From positions 4,431 to 68,430 of the forward strand of contig CAZVQB010000001.1 in assembly GCA_964629235.1 (NCBI GenBank): DNA of 64,000 nucleotides, read 5' to 3'. The number at the start of each line of letters is the position of its first letter. Positions within the stretch are counted from its first letter, which is position 1. Of the stretch, positions 1 to 8,662 are shown piece by piece. Both the position numbers and the translations under genes were made by a program. Source of the stretch: an uncultured Candidatus Saccharibacteria bacterium (GTDB taxonomy: Bacteria; Patescibacteriota; Minisyncoccia; Phycocordibacterales; PALSA-1337). The notes under the pieces are model-generated. The model saw nothing but the letters and a program-made list of their open reading frames with translations, was not told where the DNA came from and did not search any database.

Positions 1-57
1 AACGATCTAAAATAAGCCTATCATTGTTATTAAACAAAGCAAGTGTCGTGTTAGACT

Positions 58-498
58 TTGTATATGCGAGGTTACAATCTAGATAATTTAGTAAAAAAAT
101 ACTTTAAAGTCAGGGTAAGGGTAGTGAGAAGGCGAATAAGGATAAAAAATAAAAAAGGAAGTAAAAGTGAATATTTAAAATATAAAAACCAAGCTCTAAA
201 ATTGGTCAGAAATAAATTGGAGCATTTTAATAAATCTTATAATTTTAAATACAATAAAGTCACAGTAAGAAATCAAAGCACTAGATGGGGAAGTTGCTCA
301 AAAAGTGGAAATTTAAATTTTAACTATAAACTTTCTTTGCTACCAGAGAATCTTGTTGATTATGTTGTTGTGCACGAACTTTGTCATCTTGGTGAATTCA
401 ATCATTCAAAAAATTTCTGGGATTTGGTCGCAAGAGCGGTGCCAGATTATAAAGAGAGAAGGCAAGAGTTGAGAATAAAATCTATCAATTTATCCTAA
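58..498 (+). CDS. M48/YgjP-like zinc metallopeptidase (DUF45 family)
   Basis: RWGSCS motif and YVVVHELCHL (HExxH) followed by NHSKNFW; exact start uncertain. Confidence 0.85.
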   Translation: MYMRGYNLDNLVKKYFKVRVRVVRRRIRIKNKKGSKSEYLKYKNQALKLVRNKLEHFNKSYNFKYNKVTVRNQSTRWGSCSKSGNLNFNYKLSLLPENLVDYVVVHELCHLGEFNHSKNFWDLVARAVPDYKERRQELRIKSINLS

Positions 499-1357
499 AC
501 TTACCTCCAATTTCTTTTATCATTCCATTTATTTCAAGAATGGATATAGTCTCATTTACTATCTGTGCTTTTAAACCAGTTTTTAATATTAGTGATTCAT
601 GATTCAAAGCTTCTATTTGTAAAAACTCCACAATCATTCTCTCTTCACTGTTTAAATTTATTAATAATTCTTTTTGTATTGGTTTTGACTCCGATGATTT
701 TATTCCAAGCATCTCCAGTATATCTTCTGAACATGTTATCGGTATTGCCCCTTCTCGTATCAATTTATTTGTTTCAATAGACAGTGGCGAAGTTATCTCA
801 CCAGGTAAAGCGCCTACATTTTTATTATAATCAAGAGCGAGTCTTGAGGTTATAAGTGTACCTGATTTTATTTTTGCTTCTATTATTATTACGGATTCAG
901 ATATTCCAGCCATGAGCCTGTTACGTCTAGGGAATGTCCATTCAAAAGCTGGCATAGTGTTGTCATATTCTGATATAAGACCTCCACCAGAATACAGTAT
1001 TTCTTTTGCCAAATCTCTATGTTTGTCTGGATAAAGAACACTCTCGTCCAAACCCGATCCTGGGAAAGCTATAGTCTGTAAACCTGCTTCTATAGCTGAT
1101 CTATGAGCTATACCATCTATACCTATAGCCAATCCTGACACTATACATATATTGTATCCTTTTAAGCCCAAAATAAGCTCTCTGACAGCTTGTTCACCAT
1201 AACTTGAATGTCTACGTGAACCAACAATACAGACTATTTTTGAATTCTTATTCGGTAGGCTACCTTTAATATAAAGTCTTTGGGGAGGTTCAGGTATTTG
1301 GGTAAGTTGAAAAGGGATTTCATCACCTTTTAATATTCGTATTTCATAATCATTCAT
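485..1357 (-). CDS. dprA: DNA-processing protein DprA
   Basis: IVGSR, VSGLAIGIDG, FPRRNRLMAGIS, SGTLIT motifs and C-terminal wHTH; likely start MNDYE at 1357 (ORF track extends to 1390). Confidence 0.95.
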   Translation of the reverse strand: MNDYEIRILKGDEIPFQLTQIPEPPQRLYIKGSLPNKNSKIVCIVGSRRHSSYGEQAVRELILGLKGYNICIVSGLAIGIDGIAHRSAIEAGLQTIAFPGSGLDESVLYPDKHRDLAKEILYSGGGLISEYDNTMPAFEWTFPRRNRLMAGISESVIIIEAKIKSGTLITSRLALDYNKNVGALPGEITSPLSIETNKLIREGAIPITCSEDILEMLGIKSSESKPIQKELLINLNSEERMIVEFLQIEALNHESLILKTGLKAQIVNETISILEINGMIKEIGGKFRIN

Positions 1358-1511
1358 AAATACAATGTAGCAAAGACTTATGAAATCCAAATAAAATTTT
1401 TGTAATTTTCAATTATGATTTCTTCATATTTCCACATGATATACATTGACTTTCTTTTATATAATTTCTTTGTTTTTTATAGACTTTCCAGTATAGACAT
1501 TTTCTGTTATT

Positions 1512-2780
1512 ATGTCTTTTATGTTAGATATTAAATTCATTCGAGAAAATAAAGAGATTGTACAACTTGGTGCCAAGAAGAAACATGTTGATATTAATAT
1601 CGATGAATTGATTTCGCTTGATGATAAAAGAAAAGAACTTCTTTCACAGATTGAAAAAAAGAGAGCTGAACAAAATGCTATAAGTGAAAAGATTCCATCT
1701 GCTTCTCCAGAAGATAGACAAAAGATGATTGATAGTATGAAAGTTGTAAAGGAATCTTTGCAAAAAGACGAAGAGTCTCTAAAGGAAATGATGAAAACAT
1801 GGCATGAAGCAATGCTACGAGTACCTAACGTTCCAGATATGACTGTTCCAGAGGGTGATAGTGATGCAGATAATAAAGAGGTAAAAGTTTGGGGTGAAAA
1901 GCCAGTTTTTAACTTTGAACCAAAAGACCATGTTGAAATAATGGAAAAGCTAAAAATGCTTGATATTGAACGTGGTACAAAAGTTCATGGTTTCCGAGGA
2001 TATTTCCTTACTGGTGAAGGAGCAAGACTTTCTTTTGCAATTTGGAACTATGCTATGGATTTCTTTTCTAGTAAAAAGTTCATACCAGTTATAGCTCCAT
2101 CAATAGTTAGAAAAATAAATCTATACGGTACAGGACATCTTCCTGGAGATATGGAAGATTTCTATACAACTCAAGATGGCGATGTTCTATCAGGAACTGC
2201 AGAAGTTGCTCTTATGGCAATGCATAGTGATGAAGTCCTTGATTCAAATAGTCTACCAATACGATACCTGGGTTTTTCTCCGTGTTATAGAAGAGAAGCG
2301 GGCGCGCATAGTAAAGATGTAAAAGGCCTTATTCGAGTTCATGAATTCTACAAACTTGAACAGTTGATCCTATCTGAAGCGAGCCATGAGACAAGTGTTG
2401 CTTTGCATGAAGAATTGAATAGAAATACTGAGGAATTCATAGAGTCACTAGGTATTCCGTATCATACAGTTCTAAACTGTGGAGGCGATCTTGGTTTGGG
2501 GCAAGTAAAGAAATACGACGTAGAACTTTGGGTTCCAAAGGAGAATAAATATAGAGAGATTTCTTCAGCATCATATTTTCATGATTTTCAGACTCGAAGA
2601 TTCAATACAAGATACAAGGACAAAGATGGTAAATTGCGCTATGCTCATTCATTGAACTGTACAGCTATTCCAACTCCAAGAATCCTTGTTTCTCTTGTCG
2701 AGAATTATCAACAAGCGGATGGATCAATAAAAATTCCTGAAGTTCTACACAAATATTTTGGCAAAGAGTTTATAAAATAA
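1512..2780 (+). CDS. serS: Serine--tRNA ligase
   Basis: MLDIKFIREN N-terminus, GTAEV, PCYRREAG, GLIRVHEF, YREISSAS; start may be 1521. Confidence 0.97.
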   Translation: MSFMLDIKFIRENKEIVQLGAKKKHVDINIDELISLDDKRKELLSQIEKKRAEQNAISEKIPSASPEDRQKMIDSMKVVKESLQKDEESLKEMMKTWHEAMLRVPNVPDMTVPEGDSDADNKEVKVWGEKPVFNFEPKDHVEIMEKLKMLDIERGTKVHGFRGYFLTGEGARLSFAIWNYAMDFFSSKKFIPVIAPSIVRKINLYGTGHLPGDMEDFYTTQDGDVLSGTAEVALMAMHSDEVLDSNSLPIRYLGFSPCYRREAGAHSKDVKGLIRVHEFYKLEQLILSEASHETSVALHEELNRNTEEFIESLGIPYHTVLNCGGDLGLGQVKKYDVELWVPKENKYREISSASYFHDFQTRRFNTRYKDKDGKLRYAHSLNCTAIPTPRILVSLVENYQQADGSIKIPEVLHKYFGKEFIK

Positions 2781-2790
2781 TATTTTCTTC

Positions 2791-3627
2791 ATGAAGATAG
2801 GACGTTTGAGTACCTTACAATCAGCAAAGTATTTACAAAAGAAAAAAAAGCAAAGAATATTAACTATCACTATTTATTCTATCGCTTCGCTTATTGTAAT
2901 ACTTGCTATTCTTTTTTCTTTTAAACTATCATTTTTAAGAATCACAAATATTAGTGTAAATGATACATTAAACATCGAATCAGAAGAGATAAAAAATGAT
3001 GTTCTCGATATGATTTCTGGGAATTATTTTTTCTTTATTCCTAAAGATAGCTATTTCTTTTTATCTAAAGAAAAAATAAAAAATAAAATTGTAGACGATT
3101 TTAAAAAGATCAATACTATAGAAATAAAGAATAAAGGAATAACAGGCTTAGAAATAGAAATTACTGAAAGGCAACCTGAGGTTATGATTTGTGATGGATT
3201 TAGAGAAGATGAAGAAGGGGAACACTGCTCTTTTGCTGATAAGCAAGGAATAATTTTTGAAAAAGTGGCTACTAGTTCTGATAAGATTTATTTTAAATAT
3301 TATTCAAGTAATGAAATAAATCAAGATAAATTCATTCAATTACAAAACTTTGTTAAAAATGTAGAAAATTCAGGTATAATAGCTACAGGATTGCTTTTGA
3401 GTGAGGATGGTAGCTATGAATTGTATATAAAAAATGTAGACCAAAGTACTGCTGTCGTCTATTTTGACGATAGGACTAGTCTAGATAAAGTAGTTTCAAA
3501 TCTCTCTGTTTTTTGGAAAAATTCGCTAAATAAAAAAATAGGTTCGGATTTAATACCGAATTTTGAGTATATCAATCTACGTTTTGGTAACAACATTTTC
3601 TACCATATTAAGAATAATAAGGAATGA
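2791..3627 (+). CDS. FtsQ/DivIB-like cell division protein
   Basis: Basic N-terminus, single TM, POTRA-like segment (LEIEITERQP), C-terminal EYINLRFGNNIF. Confidence 0.7.
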   Translation: MKIGRLSTLQSAKYLQKKKKQRILTITIYSIASLIVILAILFSFKLSFLRITNISVNDTLNIESEEIKNDVLDMISGNYFFFIPKDSYFFLSKEKIKNKIVDDFKKINTIEIKNKGITGLEIEITERQPEVMICDGFREDEEGEHCSFADKQGIIFEKVATSSDKIYFKYYSSNEINQDKFIQLQNFVKNVENSGIIATGLLLSEDGSYELYIKNVDQSTAVVYFDDRTSLDKVVSNLSVFWKNSLNKKIGSDLIPNFEYINLRFGNNIFYHIKNNKE

Positions 3628-4637
3628 TAAAAGTCTACTACTCGATGTTAAAAGCTTGTATTTGCGGAGCTATTATTGCTTTCGCTTTTATTTTCTTGCA
3701 GGACTATTTATCAAAAAATTTTGGTAAAAATACAATAAAAGTATCTAATTCAAAAACAGTTAATGAATCTCAGTTGGCATTGGCTACGATACCACATACA
3801 GCAATTCTTGAAGAAGCCGATCAAGATCCATCTTTTGTATCTAGATTTTCCCGTGTTTTTATCTATTCTGCTGATAATGGTAAAGAAGTTATAGAAAGTG
3901 CAAAAACCTCTTTAGCAAGAACAACTACTGCACGGAAAATTTCAGCGAAATCTTATGTAGTAATCGATCTAGATCGAAACGCGATTTTGCTTGAAAAGAA
4001 TCCTGAAAAGGCTTTGCCGATCGCTTCAATCACTAAGCTTGTAACAGCAGTCGTGGTGAAAAAACTCCTTAATCAAGATGAAACAATTACTATAACTAGT
4101 AGAGCTCTACTTACTTATGGTAATGAAGCATGGCTTAAGGAAGGCGAAAAATTAAAAGTTAGCGAATTAATGTACCCACTACTTATGGTATCAAGTAATG
4201 ATGCATCTGAAGCTTTAGCAGGTTCATATAAAAAGGGCAGAAAAGAATTCATTAAAGAAATGAATAATTGGGTAAATAGTATTGGAGCATATAGAACGTA
4301 TTTTGATGACCCGTCTGGGCTTTCAAATAAAAATGTTTCAACATCAAAAGATATTTCTATAATAATAAAATGGATTATAGAAAATGAACCAGATATTTTT
4401 AAAATTACTGCTCAGAAATCAAAATCAATACGATTCCATACTTGGACAAACCCGACTCATTTCCTAAACTTATCATCATATGCTGGTGGAAAAAATGGAT
4501 ATACTTTTGAGGCGAATAGAACAAGTGTTGCATTGTTCAAATTAGGTAAAGCAAATAAGCTTTATGGAATAATTTTACTTGGTAGTTCAAATAGAGATAG
4601 TGATATATTGGATTTGCTAGAAGAGGCTTTGAGGTAG
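3624..4637 (+). CDS. D-alanyl-D-alanine carboxypeptidase (peptidase S11)
   Basis: ASITK (SxxK), SSND (SxN), DPSGL; third motif reads KNG instead of KTG; N-terminal anchor. Confidence 0.85.
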   Translation: MIKVYYSMLKACICGAIIAFAFIFLQDYLSKNFGKNTIKVSNSKTVNESQLALATIPHTAILEEADQDPSFVSRFSRVFIYSADNGKEVIESAKTSLARTTTARKISAKSYVVIDLDRNAILLEKNPEKALPIASITKLVTAVVVKKLLNQDETITITSRALLTYGNEAWLKEGEKLKVSELMYPLLMVSSNDASEALAGSYKKGRKEFIKEMNNWVNSIGAYRTYFDDPSGLSNKNVSTSKDISIIIKWIIENEPDIFKITAQKSKSIRFHTWTNPTHFLNLSSYAGGKNGYTFEANRTSVALFKLGKANKLYGIILLGSSNRDSDILDLLEEALR

Positions 4638-4650
4638 TAGTATTCAATAC

Positions 4651-5634
4651 ATGTCAAAAAGTGTTAATAAACAGAGTTCAAATCTATGGGAAAAGCTCAA
4701 AAAACCCATATTTGTCATAGCTCCTATGGCAAATGTGACAGATACAGCATTCCGCTCAATGTTTGCAAAATACGGCAAACCAGACGTTATGTGGACTGAA
4801 TTCGTATCAGCAGATGGGCTATGTTCTCCTGGTAAGAAAATGCTTTTGCGTGATCTAGAATATTCTGAGAATGAGAGACCAATAGTTGCTCAACTTTTTA
4901 CTGGTCATCCAGACAAGATGTTTGAAGCTGCGAAGCTAGTCGAGAGTCTTGGTTTTGATGGTGTAGATATAAACATGGGTTGTCCTGATAGAGCAGTAGA
5001 GAAACAGGGTTCAGGTGCTGGTCATATAAAAGATCCAGAAAATGCAAAAAAAGTTTTGGAAGCAGCAAGAGCAGGTGCACCGAATATTCCAATATCTATT
5101 AAGACAAGAATTGGTTATAACAAAGTTGAGATTGATACTTGGATTAGATTTCTTTTGGAACAAAAGTTACCAGCTTTAACAGTTCATCTAAGAACAAGAA
5201 AAGAAATGTCAGATGTTCCTGCACATTGGGAGCTTATGAATAAAATTGTTAAATTAAGAGATGAGATTTCACCAAAGACATTGATAATAGGGAATGGAGA
5301 TGTATTGAGTATCGAGCATGGTAAAAAGTTAATAGAAGAAACAGGTTGTGATGGTGTTATGGTTGGCCGTGGAATATTCGGGAATCCTTGGTTTTTTTCT
5401 GGAAAAGTTTTGGCAGACATTTCACCCAAAGATCGATTAAACGTGATGCTTGAACATGCAAAAGCTTTTGATAAAAAACTAGGTGATGTGAAGAATTTTG
5501 CAATAATGAAAAAACATTTTAAAGCTTATGTTTCAGGGTGGGATGGGGCAAAAGAATTGCGAGTAAAACTCATGGAGACAGAAAATATACAAGATGTGGA
5601 TAAAGTAGTTAAAGAATACTTGAAAAATATTTAA
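4651..5634 (+). CDS. dus: tRNA-dihydrouridine synthase
   Basis: APMANVTD, DINMGCP, IIGNGDV, GVMVGRG, GNPWFF motifs. Confidence 0.95.
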   Translation: MSKSVNKQSSNLWEKLKKPIFVIAPMANVTDTAFRSMFAKYGKPDVMWTEFVSADGLCSPGKKMLLRDLEYSENERPIVAQLFTGHPDKMFEAAKLVESLGFDGVDINMGCPDRAVEKQGSGAGHIKDPENAKKVLEAARAGAPNIPISIKTRIGYNKVEIDTWIRFLLEQKLPALTVHLRTRKEMSDVPAHWELMNKIVKLRDEISPKTLIIGNGDVLSIEHGKKLIEETGCDGVMVGRGIFGNPWFFSGKVLADISPKDRLNVMLEHAKAFDKKLGDVKNFAIMKKHFKAYVSGWDGAKELRVKLMETENIQDVDKVVKEYLKNI

Positions 5635-5648
5635 TGCGGGTGTAATCT
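5620..5648 (+). promoter_or_regulatory. Sigma70-like promoter
   Basis: TTGAAA(5620-25), 17-bp spacer, TAATCT(5643-48). Confidence 0.55.
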
Positions 5649-5654
5649 TTTAGA

Positions 5655-6105
5655 AGATTAATCATCACATCGTCTATGTGATGCTGTACCTCTGGTTCAG
5701 TTAGCTCGATAGCTATTGATCGTCAACCGAGAATCCTTAACAAAGGACAATAGGTGAAAACAAATCAATACTGCGTGGCATATCATGGCTCCCCGCCATC
5801 GTGTCACGTTCTCTCCCGCCGATTCGTGTTCCCCTGCGTTCCCCTCGCCACCTCGTGAAGGTTTGGTTCGACGGCTTCTTGGAAGCCTCGCGACAAACTA
5901 TGAGTAGTGCCAACTACTCAGGCTGATGATAGAGAAAACAAAGGATATAGTTCTCAACTAGATGAGATAATGGATGTATTGGCAAATACATAGCGCTAGC
6001 CTGCTTTAGCTTAAAAAATAGCCTGTTTTTTAAAAATAAAGTTTTGTTGATGAAGATTAGTGCTCATCGTCTCTATCGCACCCTCCAAGTGGAGGGTGCT
6101 TTTTT
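5655..6105 (+). ncRNA. Candidate structured RNA or structured small-ORF mRNA, family unknown
   Basis: No ORF of 60 aa or more in 480 bp, many perfect hairpins, long-range pairing, own promoter and terminator. Confidence 0.4.
6078..6105 (+). terminator. Rho-independent terminator
   Basis: GCACCCTCCA-AG-TGGAGGGTGC followed by T run. Confidence 0.85.
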
Positions 6106-6139
6106 ATTTATGATATAATTGATGTATTATATTTCAGTT

Positions 6140-7201
6140 ATGTCAGACAAAAATTCTACAAATCCAAAATCCTCTTCAGTTTTATATAGGAAATACAGAC
6201 CATACAATTGGTCTGACGTTGTTGGGCAAGATCATATAATATCTGTTTTAGAGAATTCTATTAAACTTGATAAGATCGCTCACGCATATCTTTTTTCTGG
6301 TAGTAGAGGCACGGGTAAGACCTCTATTGCTCGTATATTCGCTCGTGCACTTGGTGTAAGTGACAATGATGTATATGAGATGGATGCAGCTTCAAATCGC
6401 GGTATAGACGATATACGAGAGATTCGTGATGGTGTAAGTGTTCTACCTTTTGAATCAAAATATAAAGTCTATATCATAGATGAAGTACACATGCTTACAA
6501 AAGAAGCATTCAATGCTTTGTTAAAGACTTTGGAAGAACCTCCAGCACATGCGATTTTTATCCTAGCTACAACTGAGACTGATAAAATTCCTGAGACGGT
6601 TCTTTCTCGATGTCAGATTTTTAGTTTTAAAAAGCCGAATAGGGAAGTATTAAAGACTTTGGTAAATAAAATAGCTAAGAAAGAAGGATTCACTATAGAT
6701 ACTGGTGTTGCTGATCTTATCGGTTTACTTGGAGATGGATCTTTTAGAGATACTTTGGGAATATTACAAAAAGTTATAAGTTCATCTTCTGATAAAAAGA
6801 TTTCAATGAAGGAAGTTGAAGAGATAACTGGAGCTCCAAGAGGGGAGTTGGTAAATAATTTTATATCTTCGCTAGCTTATGGTGATAAGGATCAAGCTTT
6901 TTCAATAATATTAAAAGTAAAAGAAGCAAATATTTCAATAAAGACATTTATTTCATTGATTCTAGAAAAAATTAGAATAATTTTAATTCTAAAGAATGTA
7001 AATTCTATATCATCAGTTGAATCGTTGAAACAGAGTGTATCAGAAGATGATTGGGTTATTTTGGAAAAGATTTCAAAAGATGAAAAAAGTAAAGTAGGAT
7101 TAAGTATGCTAAGAGAATTGTTGAAGGCTTATGATTTGACTTCCTATTCTTATATTGAGACTTTGCCTCTAGAAATAGCTATTGTTGACATAGTTTTATA
7201 G
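6140..7201 (+). CDS. dnaX: DNA polymerase III subunit gamma/tau (short form)
   Basis: LYRKYRP, GSRGTGKTS, EMDAASNRG, IIDEVHML, FNALLKTLEEPP; start taken at ATG 6140. Confidence 0.96.
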   Translation: MSDKNSTNPKSSSVLYRKYRPYNWSDVVGQDHIISVLENSIKLDKIAHAYLFSGSRGTGKTSIARIFARALGVSDNDVYEMDAASNRGIDDIREIRDGVSVLPFESKYKVYIIDEVHMLTKEAFNALLKTLEEPPAHAIFILATTETDKIPETVLSRCQIFSFKKPNREVLKTLVNKIAKKEGFTIDTGVADLIGLLGDGSFRDTLGILQKVISSSSDKKISMKEVEEITGAPRGELVNNFISSLAYGDKDQAFSIILKVKEANISIKTFISLILEKIRIILILKNVNSISSVESLKQSVSEDDWVILEKISKDEKSKVGLSMLRELLKAYDLTSYSYIETLPLEIAIVDIVL

Positions 7202-7237
7202 CGTGATACTATTCTGTGGACGGGTTCCTTAAATATT

Positions 7238-7381
7238 ATGAAGCATATTATCATTGCTCGGCGTATCGGAGGAAAGCCGGAGAGAGTCGTGAGGTTGATC
7301 GAGATTTCGACACCCCCACCGAACAACGCAGTCGTGATCAATGACCACTGGAAACACAGGGTCATTCGACAAGGCACATAA
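7238..7381 (+). CDS. Small orphan protein, 47 aa (MKHIIIARRIGGKPERVVRLIEISTPPPNNAVVINDHWKHRVIRQGT)
   Basis: Hand-translated; preceded by TTGACA(7185)-16-TACTAT(7207), followed by terminator 7396-7428. Confidence 0.5.
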   Translation: MKHIIIARRIGGKPERVVRLIEISTPPPNNAVVINDHWKHRVIRQGT

Positions 7382-7395
7382 GAGTCGCCAAACAG

Positions 7396-7428
7396 CCCTG
7401 TACGTACTATACGTACAGGGTCTTTTTT
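7396..7428 (+). terminator. Rho-independent terminator
   Basis: CCCTGTACGTA-CTA-TACGTACAGGG followed by TCTTTTTT. Confidence 0.85.
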
Positions 7429-7498
7429 CCACAATTTTATTTGAAATCAGATTTGGGTTGTGATAATCTAGATTTTGGCTAGTTAATGACTCAAACCT

Positions 7499-7642
7499 AT
7501 GAATAAAGGTACCGTATTGCATCACCGAATCGGTCAAACCGATTCAATGCGCAAAAACAGGCGGAAGAAGGGATATACTCTTCCTGTCGGAATCAGACGT
7601 CATATGAGGAAGAGTTCTGAGGAAGGAGGTGAACACAAGTAG
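7499..7642 (+). CDS. Small basic orphan protein, 47 aa (MNKGTVLHHRIGQTDSMRKNRRKKGYTLPVGIRRHMRKSSEEGGEHK)
   Basis: Hand-translated; promoter TTGAAA(7441)-17-TAATCT(7464); palindromic terminator 7664-7691. Confidence 0.45.
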   Translation: MNKGTVLHHRIGQTDSMRKNRRKKGYTLPVGIRRHMRKSSEEGGEHK

Positions 7643-7663
7643 TGTTTGAAGAGTTCATCGTTC

Positions 7664-7694
7664 AATCCCCGAGTACATGTACTCGGGGATTTTG
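7664..7694 (+). terminator. Perfect 28-bp palindrome, probable terminator
   Basis: AATCCCCGAGTACA|TGTACTCGGGGATT followed by TTG. Confidence 0.8.
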
Positions 7695-7736
7695 TATACT
7701 TGAGTTTATCTCGTTTTTAATGTATTTTAATAGTAT

Positions 7737-7810
7737 TGCGGGATCGTATAATGGTAGTACAGCGGCCTTTGAAGCCGTGAATCTTGGTTCGATTCCAAGT
7801 CCCGCAGCCA
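7737..7810 (+). tRNA. tRNA-Gln(TTG)
   Basis: Acceptor TGCGGGA/TCCCGCA, anticodon arm GCGGC-CT-TTG-AA-GCCGT, T-loop GGTTCGATTCC, encoded CCA. Confidence 0.96.
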
Positions 7811-7916
7811 ACATGAGCTAGCTCAAAGATAGCTAGTTTACAAACAAAAACACCTCTTAAATTTGAAAGGCGTTTTTGTTGTTTTATATTGCAACAAAAT
7901 ATGCCATAATCTTTAT

Positions 7917-8090
7917 ATGAAAGATGGTGTCAAAAAGCTGGGAGAAAATATCAAAAAATTTAGGATCAAAAAAGATGTTAGCTAAACAGAACTTGCTCGT
8001 GTGTTGAGCGTTGTTTGATCTTTTGTGAGTAATATCGAGATTATATTGATGATGCAATTAGAGCTAGTTGCTAAGCTATGCAGACTTAAA
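7917..8090 (+). pseudogene. Decayed XRE-family HTH regulator
   Basis: MKDGVKKLGENIKKFRIKKDVS*TELARVLSVV*SFVSNIE...: XRE pattern with two in-frame stops; 3' end approximate. Confidence 0.7.
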
Positions 8091-8146
8091 TTTTTATTTC
8101 ATACTCGTGCTAGTAAAAATACTATTTTCTGATAATATCATGGGTA

Positions 8147-8662
8147 ATGAATAAACCATTATTTACTAATGAATATATAGGAAACGCTGGTGTTAAATAT
8201 GTTTTCAAATACTACGATTCAGATAATTTTGACCATTTACCAAAAGACAGAATAAAGCAATCCTACGCTGTAGCTTTTTATAAAGACAAATTTCTAGTTG
8301 TTAATAATATAAAAAATCCTAAACAGCAATACGGGCTAATTGGAGGTAGTGTTGAAGAGGGGGAAGATCCAAATGAAACTTTAATCCGAGAAATTATGGA
8401 AGAATCAAGGATGAAAGTCTTAGAATATAAGTTAATTGGTTATCAAAAGGTGATTGATACTCGAGGAATTCAAAAAGATTTTTATCAACTAAGATATTTT
8501 GCAAGAGTTGAACCTGATGGTTTTTTTATTTCTGATCCTGCAGGTTGTGTTACAGAGATTATTGAGTGCACAAAAGATGACTATAAAAAATATTTTGATT
8601 GGGGTGAGATAGGTGATTATATAATTAAAAGAGCATATGAAATTAAACAACCATCAGCATAA
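8147..8662 (+). CDS. NUDIX hydrolase
   Basis: Nudix box GGSVEEGEDPNETLIREIMEES. Confidence 0.9.
   Translation: MNKPLFTNEYIGNAGVKYVFKYYDSDNFDHLPKDRIKQSYAVAFYKDKFLVVNNIKNPKQQYGLIGGSVEEGEDPNETLIREIMEESRMKVLEYKLIGYQKVIDTRGIQKDFYQLRYFARVEPDGFFISDPAGCVTEIIECTKDDYKKYFDWGEIGDYIIKRAYEIKQPSA

Noticed and set aside
5636-5880. tRNA or tmRNA (GCGGGTGTA..., CCCGCCA, GGTTCGA)
   Set aside because: The elements are in the wrong order and spacing for a cloverleaf, and the 5' piece is better explained as promoter spacer and -10
7150-7537. Minus-strand ORFs of 94 and 102 aa
   Set aside because: They cross a + strand terminator and promoters; the + strand micro-ORFs fit the signals better
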